The notes beneath the pieces were generated by a model. It worked only from the letters and a program-made list of their open reading frames with translations, did not search any database and was not told where the DNA came from. A DNA stretch of 64,000 bases from Candidatus Marinacidobacterales bacterium (GTDB lineage: Bacteria > Acidobacteriota > Vicinamibacteria > Marinacidobacterales > DATDRI01). Where the stretch lies: NCBI GenBank assembly GCA_965219415.1, contig OZ244742.1, forward strand, positions 1,088,001 through 1,152,000, given 5' to 3'. Shown piece after piece: positions 1-9,848 of the stretch (positions are counted from its first letter, which is position 1; every line of letters begins with the position of its first letter). Both the position numbers and the translations under genes were made by a program.

Positions 1-1015
1 TGTCATCGGTACATTGGAGTGAATGAAGTTGTTTGCGCGGCAGGAAGATGATGTCGCCCGCTTTGACCGACGCTTTTTTCGACTCGGTCCACATGCAACC
101 CTCGCCTTTGAGGATGACGAGTGTCTCTTCATACAGGTGGCGATGCGGCATGGCCTTGGAGACAGGAATTTCGCCGATGAACTGGGTCACGACATCCGAA
201 CCGATCTTCTTGTCGACGAGAAGCTGAAAGAATCGATCGGCCATGGATTGGCGCTCCGAGGCGTCGACGCTGACCACCCGTTTCGGATACGAGCTATCGA
301 AATTCTCAGGCATTGCCTCTAGGAATTGTGGTCGCTCCGCCTGGGGGCAGACGGCGGCGAAGATCTTCATTTCGCCCGGCCCGTGGTTTTTGATGGAGAA
401 CGCCTCGCCTCCTCGAACGTAGACTCCGTCGGTCTCCTTGACCTCGAACGACTGTCCTGAGAGCAGAACCGCCCCCTTCCCGTCCGTCACGAGTAGGACA
501 ACGTGCCGGTCTCCAAAACTGATGACGGGAGACTCACCGCGCGCCGCTTCCAGATAAAACTGCGATTGATATTTAGCACCGTCTGAAGAAGCAATCGTGG
601 GAGCGAACCCGAGCGTACCGTTTCGTTCGAGGGCCAGTGCCGGGATGCTGCAAACGTAACAACCGCCGTCTAAACGAGCCTTCCCGTTGCCACCCGCTTC
701 GACCTGAGGAATGGCCAAGTTCTCACGACTTTGGGGATCGTCTTCGTCGTACTTGTCTTTCAAGCTGTTGTGAGTCCCGTCGCAAAATGGCTTTTCCGCG
801 GAGCGCTTGCAGGCACAAAACAGGACCTCTTCGCGTTCTTCCTTCGCCACGTACTTGACCGGCCGAAACGACGTGCCACGATGAGAGCTATCGCAAAAGG
901 GCTGATTCTTGCTCCGCCCACAGGCGCACCAAAGGTAGTTCTTCCCTTTTTCGAGCTCCACGTAGCACGGCTTGTAGCCGGCAATCACGGGGCTTTCGGA
1001 GTTGGATTCGGTCAT
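1..1015 (-). CDS. Tandem CDGSH iron-sulfur domains fused to a bicupin (3' end runs off window)
   Basis: Manually translated, absent from the ORF track. ATG 1015 after GGAG. Motifs WCACGRSKNQPFCDSSH and FCACKRSAEKPFCDGTH continue in frame to cupin motifs PHRHLYEE and GDIIFLPRKQLH. Confidence 0.85.
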   Translation of the reverse strand, partial: MTESNSESPVIAGYKPCYVELEKGKNYLWCACGRSKNQPFCDSSHRGTSFRPVKYVAKEEREEVLFCACKRSAEKPFCDGTHNSLKDKYDEDDPQSRENLAIPQVEAGGNGKARLDGGCYVCSIPALALERNGTLGFAPTIASSDGAKYQSQFYLEAARGESPVISFGDRHVVLLVTDGKGAVLLSGQSFEVKETDGVYVRGGEAFSIKNHGPGEMKIFAAVCPQAERPQFLEAMPENFDSSYPKRVVSVDASERQSMADRFFQLLVDKKIGSDVVTQFIGEIPVSKAMPHRHLYEETLVILKGEGCMWTESKKASVKAGDIIFLPRKQLHSLQCTDD

Positions 1016-1047
1016 TTCGATGCTCCAGGTCGGCTGGCCTGGCTATT

Positions 1048-4000
1048 CTAACTCACAGCCAGTTGGCGAGACGCCGTGCAGGCTAGGAGTTGATCGAGGA
1101 CTTGGCGCATCGCCCGGCGCCCCTCATCGGCCGCGGATCCCCAATGCTGGTTACCCCGCAGCTCCGAGTGACCGAAGGCGATCCGGCCGTGAGGTTCCCG
1201 GATAACGTCTCGAGCGGCCGGTTCCCCGTCCCTACCGAAGAAGAAGCCTGGCTCGGGCACGACGTACGCATGCCCCCAACGATTAAGAATGATTCCTGCC
1301 ACGTCACGCTTCGGATCGAAGCTCGTTCCAAAAAGCTCCAAGAGCTGCCCCACCATCAGCGACTCGTAATCCGCATAGCTCGTGGTGAGGAGATCCATGC
1401 GACCTCTCATACATTGGGCTCTCACCGGGAGCCCGGGGTAGATGAGGGGCACGTAGAACGTCAGGACCGTGGGCTCGTCTGGATCCAGTGGTGGCCGATA
1501 GCGTCCGACCGACATGGGCAGCCGGATATTGCAGCTAAAACCGAAACGACCGTTATAGCGACAGGCGGTAATGCCCAAATCGTAGAGGAAGCGCCAGTTC
1601 GTCAGAGCGACATTGGCCACCAAGAAAGCCGAATGTCGGAACGACCCGAAAGCGTCATGGTAAGCCATCGGCAAGTCGCGGACGACGTGCTTGTTCATCC
1701 AACCACCCGTAGCCATCACGACACCGCGAGCCCTGACGCGGTACAGTTTGGAACCCTTAGCGTAGGTCACCACAACGCGCTCGGACTTGCCAGGTTCGCC
1801 TTGATGCTCGACCCCGACCACCGTCGCGCCCACGCGCATCCGAATACTCTGATTGTCCACATCCAAGGCGGTGAAATTCACCTTTCCGTTCATGATTTGT
1901 TCGAAGGAATCGTCGCCGCCTATCGCCGCCGGAATGATTCTCTTCACGAAGTGCCGTGCAAAACCGTCATTCCCCTCTGGAAACGAGTGCCGCTCCAGCT
2001 GCGACAGATCCCTCACCTCGGGAGGATAGAAGTTGACCACGCCCGGGAAAAGAATGGAATACGCGGCGTACGCAGAAACCGCATCACATCCCAAACCGAC
2101 GGCGCTCGCCAATAGAGGATCCGCGAAGGCTGTTACGTTCGGATCGAGGCCCATGACCTTCTCGATATAGTCGGCGTAGCTCATGCTGTCTAACCATTGC
2201 TCGTAGTCTTTCCTCTCGGAAGGCCGCCCACTTGAGTTTCGCCACTTGAGTAACTGCTCACGTTCGAGCTCGGTAAAAGACGTTCCTTTCAATTCAGACT
2301 GCCACGGGTTCTTCGCGACCCTCTTCTGGCCGCAGCCGGAGAAGTATCCGACGCTGACATTGTTCTCCAGCCAATAGAGGAAACCGTAATTGTCGGTACC
2401 GAACCGCAAGTTCCGATCGCCTTCCAGACGTTGGTAGGAAAAACGCCGAGGGATGCCGAGTTCCTGGTAGTAGCGGGCGTCGCTAGACGCATGTTCCCCT
2501 TTGTCCTCACCCGGCACAGAGAAACCGTTCGAACCTTGCGGTGCGATCAAACGATGCCCCTTCACTCGAAACTCGTTGCGCTTCGATTCGCCACCGAAGA
2601 TGGGATGGTTCTCGATAATCAGGCACGTGGTATCAGATGACGATTTCTTGAGCTCGTATGCGGCGCCTAGGCCAGCGATTCCACCGCCGATGACGACCAC
2701 GTCGAAGACCTCTCCAGTATCGATGGCACGGGCGTCCGCGTCCTCGTAGAGGCCATCACGCAGGTGGTGTGCGTGAGCAAGCACCTCCGGTGTGTTCCCG
2801 GGGGATGTCCCGCCGGATGTTGAATTTGGGGTAGCGGCGGCTCCTTGGCCGGCCTAAGAATAGGTCTGCCAAACAACCGTCTCCAGAGGGGGACAAGGAG
2901 CCACCAATGCCTAGGAAATCAAAGAAGCCAGTAAGAAAGCAAACGCACTCGCCTACGGGCAAGGTAGTTGGCCAAGTCGGTCAGATACTGCTACCGATGA
3001 TAGCTGGGATCGCGGCCACGAAGGCGGAACTGACGGAATGGGTGTACGAGCAAGGACTGACAGCTCTGCACCTACTGCTCAGAGAGGACGCCGAGGAGAT
3101 CGCGGGGCTCAAGGGCAAGCACGAGAAGGAGCGAACTCATAACCCACTGGGGGAGCACGAACGGAGAGCTGAGCTTCGGTGGTCGTCGCATCCAAGTGTC
3201 GCGACCTCGAGTTCGCTCGAAGTCGGGCGAGGAGGCGTCGCTTCCACACTTCGAAGCCTTCCGCGAAGAAGACCCGCTTCCAGAGCGAGTGTTGAATCAG
3301 ATCTTGGTGGGGGTATCGACCCGAAATTACGAATCGAGTCTGAACAAACCCGCGGCCAAGTTGAAGTCTCGTGGCACGAGTAAGAGTGCCGCCAGCCGTC
3401 ACCTCGTGAGCCAGACGACTAAGAAGCTCGAGGAATACCTGTCTCGGCGGCTAGAGGAGTTCGAGCTTGCGGCACTGATGCTGGATGGCCTTGAGGTGGC
3501 CGGACAGACCGTCGTCGTAACTCTAGGTATCACAATAGATGGAACGAAGGTGCCCCTGGGTATATGGCTGGGCTCGACGGAGAACTCTCGGGTGTGCACC
3601 GCGATGTTGCAGGACCTTCTCGAGCGGGGCTTGCGCGTCGATGAGTCGATTCTCTGCGTAGTGGACGGAGGCAAAGGCATCCGCAAGGCACTCGTCGACG
3701 TTTTGGGGGACCTCGCGGTCATCCAAAGGTGCCAGATCCATAAACTCCGGAATCTTCGCTCGTACCTTCCCAAGTCTCGTCACGCCTACGTGCTCCAGAC
3801 GATGAAGGAAGCCTACAAGTGCAAGAGTGCCGACAAGGCGCGCAAGCGACTTCAGGCATTGGTGTCGTGGCTCGAGCGAAACGGCTACGACGAAGCTGCC
3901 GGAAGCCTTCGTGAAGGGATGGAAGAGACACTCACGGTCGTGAAGCTCGCGCTGCCCGCCTTACTTCGCCAGTCTCTTGCCACGACGAACGCCATTGAGA

Positions 4001-4460
4001 ATCTCAACGGAACCATTCGCAGAGTATCGAGAAACCTCAAGCGTTGGAAGAGTCCTTCCATGGTTCGCCGATGGACCGCTCTTGGCGTCGTCACCGCGCA
4101 GAAAAAGTTCCGGCGTATCAAAGGCTATCGCCATATGGGCGCTTTCGTTCACGCGCTTAGAAGCAAACAGAAATCTCTTGACAGCGATGAGTTTGCTGCC
4201 TAAGAGTATTCACAGGTGCCGCCGCTACCCGACCAAATTCAACAGCGGCCGGGACATCCCCTGTTCCCGTGGGAAGGCGCATAGTCTCCGATGCCGCCAT
4301 AGCCATACCAGTCGGGACCCGGCGCCTGCAGAGGGGTTTGCCCTGCGAGGAGTACTGGTTGTTGGCGCAAGAGCGCCGCGCCGGAACCGAGTAACACGCC
4401 GTTCAAGAAATCCCGCCGCGTAATACCTAAGGAAGCTCGGCTGCGATGGAATGGTTTCAT
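1048..4460 (-). pseudogene. Tat-exported FAD-dependent oxidoreductase (spermidine dehydrogenase SpdH-like), split by IS256
   Basis: The N-terminus (4460-4262) has TRRDFLNG. The C-terminal part has VVIGGGIAG and NRWGHAY. Removing the IS and one TSD restores SHGNTPEVLAHAH in frame. Confidence 0.85.
2801..4261 (+). mobile_element. IS256-family element copy 1 (transposase 2907-4203, frameshift near 3145)
   Basis: Terminal IRs GGGGATGTCCCG...CGGGACATCCCC. 8-bp TSD TGTTCCCG (2793-2800, 4262-4269). Motifs LMLDG, VVDGGKG, QRCQIHK and TTNAIE. Confidence 0.95.
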
Positions 4461-5593
4461 ATGGTAGTCCCTCCCGTGCGCTTGATCCTCTCGGCTTTAC
4501 GAGCCGCTGGCAACAAGAGAACGAGTCCCAATAGCCAGGGTAGCAAAGCAAACCAACCAAGTAGTGCGTATTCCTGATCGGCCAACAACAGCCCACCGTA
4601 GGACGGGCCCAGGGATGTTCCGACCACGGCAAAAGCCAGTCCCATACCATTCAACTTCCCGCTCGGATCCAGGCTCGCGAACAAGCCGTTCGTCACCACG
4701 CTACAGAAGAGGAAGAACGTCTTGATCACGATGACCATCGCTCCATAAACAAGAACCGATGAAGCGTGAGTGAGCAGCAGCCCAAACGTCGCCATGACGA
4801 GGATCGCCGTTGCCACGGGTAGCCGTCGTCCGAACGTGCGAACCACCCAAGGAGCCACCGCCGGTCCAGTGAGAGCGGTGAGAAAAGCCGCCGACAAAAT
4901 AGGCCCAATCGTATCCATCGAGATCTGAAGTGCCGAACCTATGCGTTCGACGAAAGTCCAAAAGCTGAACATCGCCACGAACACCAACCCGTGTCCGCAA
5001 ATACCGCGCCACTCGATTGTCCCAAGCCGACCCGGTACGTCGGTCGGCCTGGCATCGGCAAAACTTTCGGTGGGAAGAAAAAGGAAAAACGAAACACAGA
5101 TGAGAAGAACAACCACCAAGACGCCGAAGACACCGCTCGAGCCGTAGCTTTCGGCCGGACCTGCCACCAAGTAATAAAAAGCCGAGGCCATGAGCGCCAG
5201 CGATACCTCCATGATGGAAAAGGTCCGCTGGGCGCGTGGCGTGCCGGCCGCGGTTGAGAGAGAGCACGTAATGACCGCTCCCAGCGAAAGCCCCACCAGC
5301 GCGCGCATGCCGACGACCAAGGGGAGCGGGTCAGCCAGGGCAGCGACGAGGTTCCCAGCAATGGCGACGACCGCCGCGACCAAGCTGGCCGAGCGCTTGT
5401 TGACAAGATGGATGTAGCGAGAAGCGAGCAGCATGGAGATCGCCACGCCGCCGAGCTCGATCGACCCGATGAATCCGCCGGTGTGTTCGCTTAGGGAGTA
5501 GTCTTCAACGATGGCGCCAACCCAAATCGGCAAGCTGAGAATGAACGTGGCTCCAAAGAAGTAGGAGAACACGATGGCCGAGAGCTTCTTCAA
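4457..5593 (-). CDS. MFS transporter
   Basis: 378 aa with about 12 hydrophobic segments. Its stop overlaps the oxidoreductase start. Confidence 0.8.
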   Translation of the reverse strand: MKKLSAIVFSYFFGATFILSLPIWVGAIVEDYSLSEHTGGFIGSIELGGVAISMLLASRYIHLVNKRSASLVAAVVAIAGNLVAALADPLPLVVGMRALVGLSLGAVITCSLSTAAGTPRAQRTFSIMEVSLALMASAFYYLVAGPAESYGSSGVFGVLVVVLLICVSFFLFLPTESFADARPTDVPGRLGTIEWRGICGHGLVFVAMFSFWTFVERIGSALQISMDTIGPILSAAFLTALTGPAVAPWVVRTFGRRLPVATAILVMATFGLLLTHASSVLVYGAMVIVIKTFFLFCSVVTNGLFASLDPSGKLNGMGLAFAVVGTSLGPSYGGLLLADQEYALLGWFALLPWLLGLVLLLPAARKAERIKRTGGTTI

Positions 5594-5602
5594 CGGAAGC
5601 GC

Positions 5603-6136
5603 TCAGCCTCTTTCGGCGCCGACGAGAACAGCAAGAAGAACGCAAGGCGCGTCGGAGCGGTTCACCCAAGTGTGATTGACCCCACCCTGCACAACGACAT
5701 CGCCCTGCTTCACCAATATTTCTTTGTCATCGACGATCAGCCAAATCTCTCCGAACAGAATCACCACGTAGTCGACGGTGTTAGTGCGATGCATACCCGG
5801 ATACTTCTGCCCCTCCTTCCGAGACAGGGCGTCCGGCGCCTTGATGGAGTCGAACATTTCCTTGGCCTTCGCGGGGTCGAAGGGATCTTTGTCGGGCCAG
5901 GCGACCTCGACGACGAGTTTGTTGCCGGTACAGGTGGGCTCCAAAGTCTCTGGGGGACCCGAGATAACATCGTTTGTGATGGGTATGCGTGCCGGCGTTT
6001 CATCCGAGGACCATAACTCGGTGATCTCGAGAACCCCGGGGATGCCGGTGGTCGCGTCGACCTCGCCGTCGTTGAGAATGTAGGAGCTGCCGTCCTCGCG
6101 TTCGGCGGTTACGATGCGTCTCGCTTTGTAGCTCAC
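5603..6136 (-). CDS. Cupin domain protein
   Basis: MHRTNTVDYVVILFGE and GDVVVQGGVNHTW cupin motifs. Confidence 0.85.
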   Translation of the reverse strand: MSYKARRIVTAEREDGSSYILNDGEVDATTGIPGVLEITELWSSDETPARIPITNDVISGPPETLEPTCTGNKLVVEVAWPDKDPFDPAKAKEMFDSIKAPDALSRKEGQKYPGMHRTNTVDYVVILFGEIWLIVDDKEILVKQGDVVVQGGVNHTWVNRSDAPCVLLAVLVGAERG

Positions 6137-7163
6137 TTACAGGTTCTCACTCAGCTTGCTGTGGAGGTTGATGTTCATTCGCTGCCAATGCGGCCCATTG
6201 ACGTCGCGCTCCATTTCGTAGACGTCACCGACGGGGCCTGTTAGACGGGACTGCACCGAACGAATCGCAGCATAGTCCTCGTCGTCAAGCTCGAAGGAGA
6301 ACATGCGGAGAGAGTCCTTCAAATGATCGACGTTCCGAGCACCCAAGATAATGGACGCGACCTGTGGCCTCTCTAGAACGTACCGCGTAGCAACATTTGT
6401 AATGCTGACGTCGTGTTTCTCAGCGATCCGCTTGAGTGTCGCCAACATTTCCTGAAAGAGCGCCCACCCTCCGATCTCGTCAATGACGAGCTTGTACTTA
6501 TCAAGAGAGCGATTCTCCAAAGGCATGGCGGGCTCTTCCGCGCCCAGCCACTTCTCGCTCAGAAAGCCTCCCGCCACGGTCGCGTAACAGAGGAGGCCGA
6601 TCCCGTGTTTTTCGCAAAGCTGAGCCACACCTCTTTCCGTCCGATTGTCCAGGACGGAATAAGGAACCTGCGCGGTGGTGACATCAATCCCCGATTCCAT
6701 GATCTCGATACTCCGCTTCACATCGATGTTGACGAGCCCGATCTTGTGGATCTTCCCAGCTTGCCGCAGCTCATCTACCCAGTGAACGGCATCGATGTAG
6801 CCTGGGACGTCGTAGGACCACCAGAAGAACTGCAGTACGTCGAGTCGCTCCAATCGCAGTCGGCGCAAGGATTGGTCCACGACTCCCTGGACGTAGCTCT
6901 TGTCCACGGCCGGGAGCGCATCGAAATCCGGAATGAACTTCGTCAACACTTTGATGTCCGATGCATCTCCGAGGCGTTGACGCCGAGCTTCGATGAATTG
7001 GCCGATGAGATCCTCCACCCCCGCGTACACATCACCGCAGTCGAAGGCGAAGACTCCCGCCTCGGCGAATCGAAACATATCTTCGATGGGATCCTGTAGC
7101 GGCACGCTCCCGTGCCCCTGTGCGATCTGCCAGGCGCCTTTCAAAATTCTAGGAATGCGAAAG
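6137..7163 (-). CDS. Aldo/keto reductase, separated from its apparent native start (at 9817)
   Basis: FDCGDVY, VLTK, SLRRLRLERLDVLQ, GKIHKIG and IILGAR motifs. Sequence upstream of 7163 belongs to the MBL gene. Confidence 0.8.
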
Positions 7164-9630
7164 TTAGTATACGTCTCGTTCCTGGGCGTCCACTGCCGTC
7201 CCTTTCCAGCCGTTGTCGGTAAAATTCTGGACGTGGTACATAACAAGCAGGCTTGGCTTCACTACGTTTGCAATTTCAGCAAGCTTCTTGGTTGAAGTGT
7301 GGTATAACTCAGCGCGAGACCTGTCGTAAGGAAAAGAGTCCAGGTCATCTATACCGAACACCTCATGAAGAAGTATGTCAACCTTAACGCCCTTCGCAGC
7401 TTCCAGAACTCCCCGGTCTAAATTGGTGTCGCCATATCCCTCATCTCTATATCCAGTGTCGCCGGAAATGATAACAATCCGATCAGGTGTATCGAAACGG
7501 TAGGCGTAAGTTGCCGAGCGGTTCCATGCTGCGTTTTAAAGGCGAACACTTTGACGTTCTCATCTTTGTAAACAAACCCTGGCTCAAAGATTTCATGGGC
7601 AACCGCCCTCCAACCCGTGTCGTTAGTAGCTGCATAGCTGTACACACGGAAGGCAATGTCATGCCGATAGGCAGATAATATCCCGTCTACCAGATCTTTC
7701 GTCCCTGGAGGACCATAGATATGCGGCGGCTCTTCGCGACGCCACGACCAGGGCGACAAGATTAAGCTAGGTAAACCAATGGTATGGTCGCTGTGCAGGT
7801 GGGTGAGAAATACGCGCTTCCAAACAGCCTTATGCAACCCAAACCCTTTAACTTTACTGGGCTTACGATCTTTCCATCCAGGCATTGGCACATCTGGCAT
7901 TTCTTCGCCCATGGCTCGCCAGATACCTGCACCAGCGTCAACAATATGGGGATGTCCCGGCCGCTGTTGAATTTGGTCGGGTAGCGGCGGCACCTGTGAA
8001 TACTCTTAGGCAGCAAACTCATCGCTGTCAAGAGATTTCTGTTTGCTTCTAAGCGCGTGAACGAAAGCGCCCATATGGCGATAGCCTTTGATACGCCGGA
8101 ACTTTTTCTGCGCGGTGACGACGCCAAGAGCGGTCCATCGGCGAACCATGGAAGGACTCTTCCAACGCTTGACGTTTCTCGATACTCTGCGAATGGTTCC
8201 GTTGAGATTCTCAATGGCGTTCGTCGTGGCAAGAGACTGGCGAAGTAAGGCGGGCAGCGCGAGCTTCACGACCGTGAGTGTCTCTTCCATCCCTTCACGA
8301 AGGCTTCCGGCAGCTTCGTCGTAGCCGTTTCGCTCGAGCCACGACACCAATGCCTGAAGTCGCTTGCGCGCCTTGTCGGCACTCTTGCACTTGTAGGCTT
8401 CCTTCATCGTCTGGAGCACGTAGGCGTGACGAGACTTGGGAAGGTACGAGCGAAGATTCCGGAGTTTATGGATCTGGCACCTTTGGATGACCGCGAGGTC
8501 CCCCAAAACGTCGACGAGTGCCTTGCGGATGCCTTTGCCTCCGTCCACTACGCAGAGAATCGACTCATCGACGCGCAAGCCCCGCTCGAGAAGGTCCTGC
8601 AACATCGCGGTGCACACCCGAGAGTTCTCCGTCGAGCCCAGCCATATACCCAGGGGCACCTTCGTTCCATCTATTGTGATACCTAGAGTTACGACGACGG
8701 TCTGTCCGGCCACCTCAAGGCCATCCAGCATCAGTGCCGCAAGCTCGAACTCCTCTAGCCGCCGAGACAGGTATTCCTCGAGCTTCTTAGTCGTCTGGCT
8801 CACGAGGTGACGGCTGGCGGCACTCTTACTCGTGCCACGAGACTTCAACTTGGCCGCGGGGTTTGTCCAGACTCGATTCGTAATTTCGGGTCGATACCCC
8901 CACCAAGATCTGATTCAACGCTCGCTCTGGAAGCGGGTCTTCTTCGCGGAAGGCTTCGAAGTGTGGAAGCGACGCCTCCTCGCCCGACTTCGAGCGAACT
9001 CGAGGTCGCGACACTTGGATGCGACGACCACCGAAGCTCAGCTCTCCGTTCGTGCTCCCCCAGTGGTTATGAGTTCGCTCCTTCTCGTGCTTGCCCTTGA
9101 GCCCCGCGATCTCCTCGGCGTCCTCTCTGAGCAGTAGGTGCAGAGCTGTCAGTCCTTGCTCGTACACCCATTCCGTCAGTTCCGCCTTCGTGGCCGCGAT
9201 CCCAGCTATCATCGGTAGCAGTATCTGACCGACTTGGCCAACTACCTTGCCCGTAGGCGAGTGCGTTTGCTTTCTTACTGGCTTCTTTGATTTCCTAGGC
9301 ATTGGTGGCTCCTTGTCCCCCTCTGGAGACGGTTGTTTGGCAGACCTATTCTTAGGCCGGCCAAGGAGCCGCCGCTACCCCAAATTCAACATCCGGCGGG
9401 ACATCCCCAACAATATAGGGGATACCTTTAACAATAACTGCAATACTTGGGCCGCGCTTTTCTGGGTTTGGTACCGGAGTACCCGTGCCTAACATTAGCA
9501 CCTTTGTGATATCTGAGGATGAAAAATCGCGTTGTTCTCGTTCAGCCGCAGCAGCTAAGTCCGTAAACAGTATATTTGCTATTAAGCATGTCAGAAACGG
9601 TACAAAAGTTATCCGGTTCTTGTTTATCAT
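7164..9630 (-). pseudogene. Exported MBL-fold hydrolase (RNase Z/arylsulfatase-like), split by IS256, with an additional frameshift near 7510
   Basis: Signal peptide, LGTGTP, YIV|DAG across the IS, THLHSDH, LLHE, YHTS and VMYH. Visibly AT-richer than the flanks. Confidence 0.85.
7948..9408 (-). mobile_element. IS256-family element copy 2 (frameshift near 8857)
   Basis: Near-identical to copy 1, inverted. 8-bp TSD AACAATAT (7940-7947, 9409-9416). Confidence 0.95.
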
Positions 9631-9692
9631 CTATATTTTCCTGAATTGAGTTCATCCCTAACTAAAAAAGATAACTTATAAAGATATTCGCT

Positions 9693-9817
9693 TCGGAACA
9701 TATCTTCGATCGGGTCCTGCAACGGCACGCTCCCGTGCCCCTGCGGGATCTGCCACGCCTCTTCAAGATTCTAGGAATGCGAAAGTCTGGCGCGAGCTCG
9801 ATCGACTCAATGCCCAT
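9693..9817 (-). pseudogene. 5' fragment of the aldo/keto reductase, partly duplicating 7070-7164
   Basis: MGIESIELAPDFRIPRILK..WQI.QGHGSVPLQDPIEDMFR with upstream GGGAG. About 95-bp imperfect direct repeat of 7070-7164. Confidence 0.8.
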
Positions 9818-9848
9818 GAGTTCTCACTCCCGACAGGCCGACGGGATT

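Noticed and set aside
23-2115. Plus-strand ORFs 23-322, 731-1051 and 1090-2115, and similar long antisense ORFs elsewhere
   Set aside because: Shadow frames of motif-bearing genes on the opposite strand in GC-rich DNA.
3140-3200. Programmed frameshift in the IS256 transposase
   Set aside because: The shift position differs between copies and copy 3 is open at both sites.
2801-9408. Composite transposon that arrived as one unit
   Set aside because: Each IS has its own matching TSD pair and interrupts a reconstructable gene, so the insertions were independent.
7070-9786. Template/variable repeat pair of a diversity-generating retroelement
   Set aside because: Differences are mostly synonymous and not restricted to adenines, the repeat is N-terminal, and there is no reverse transcriptase in the window.
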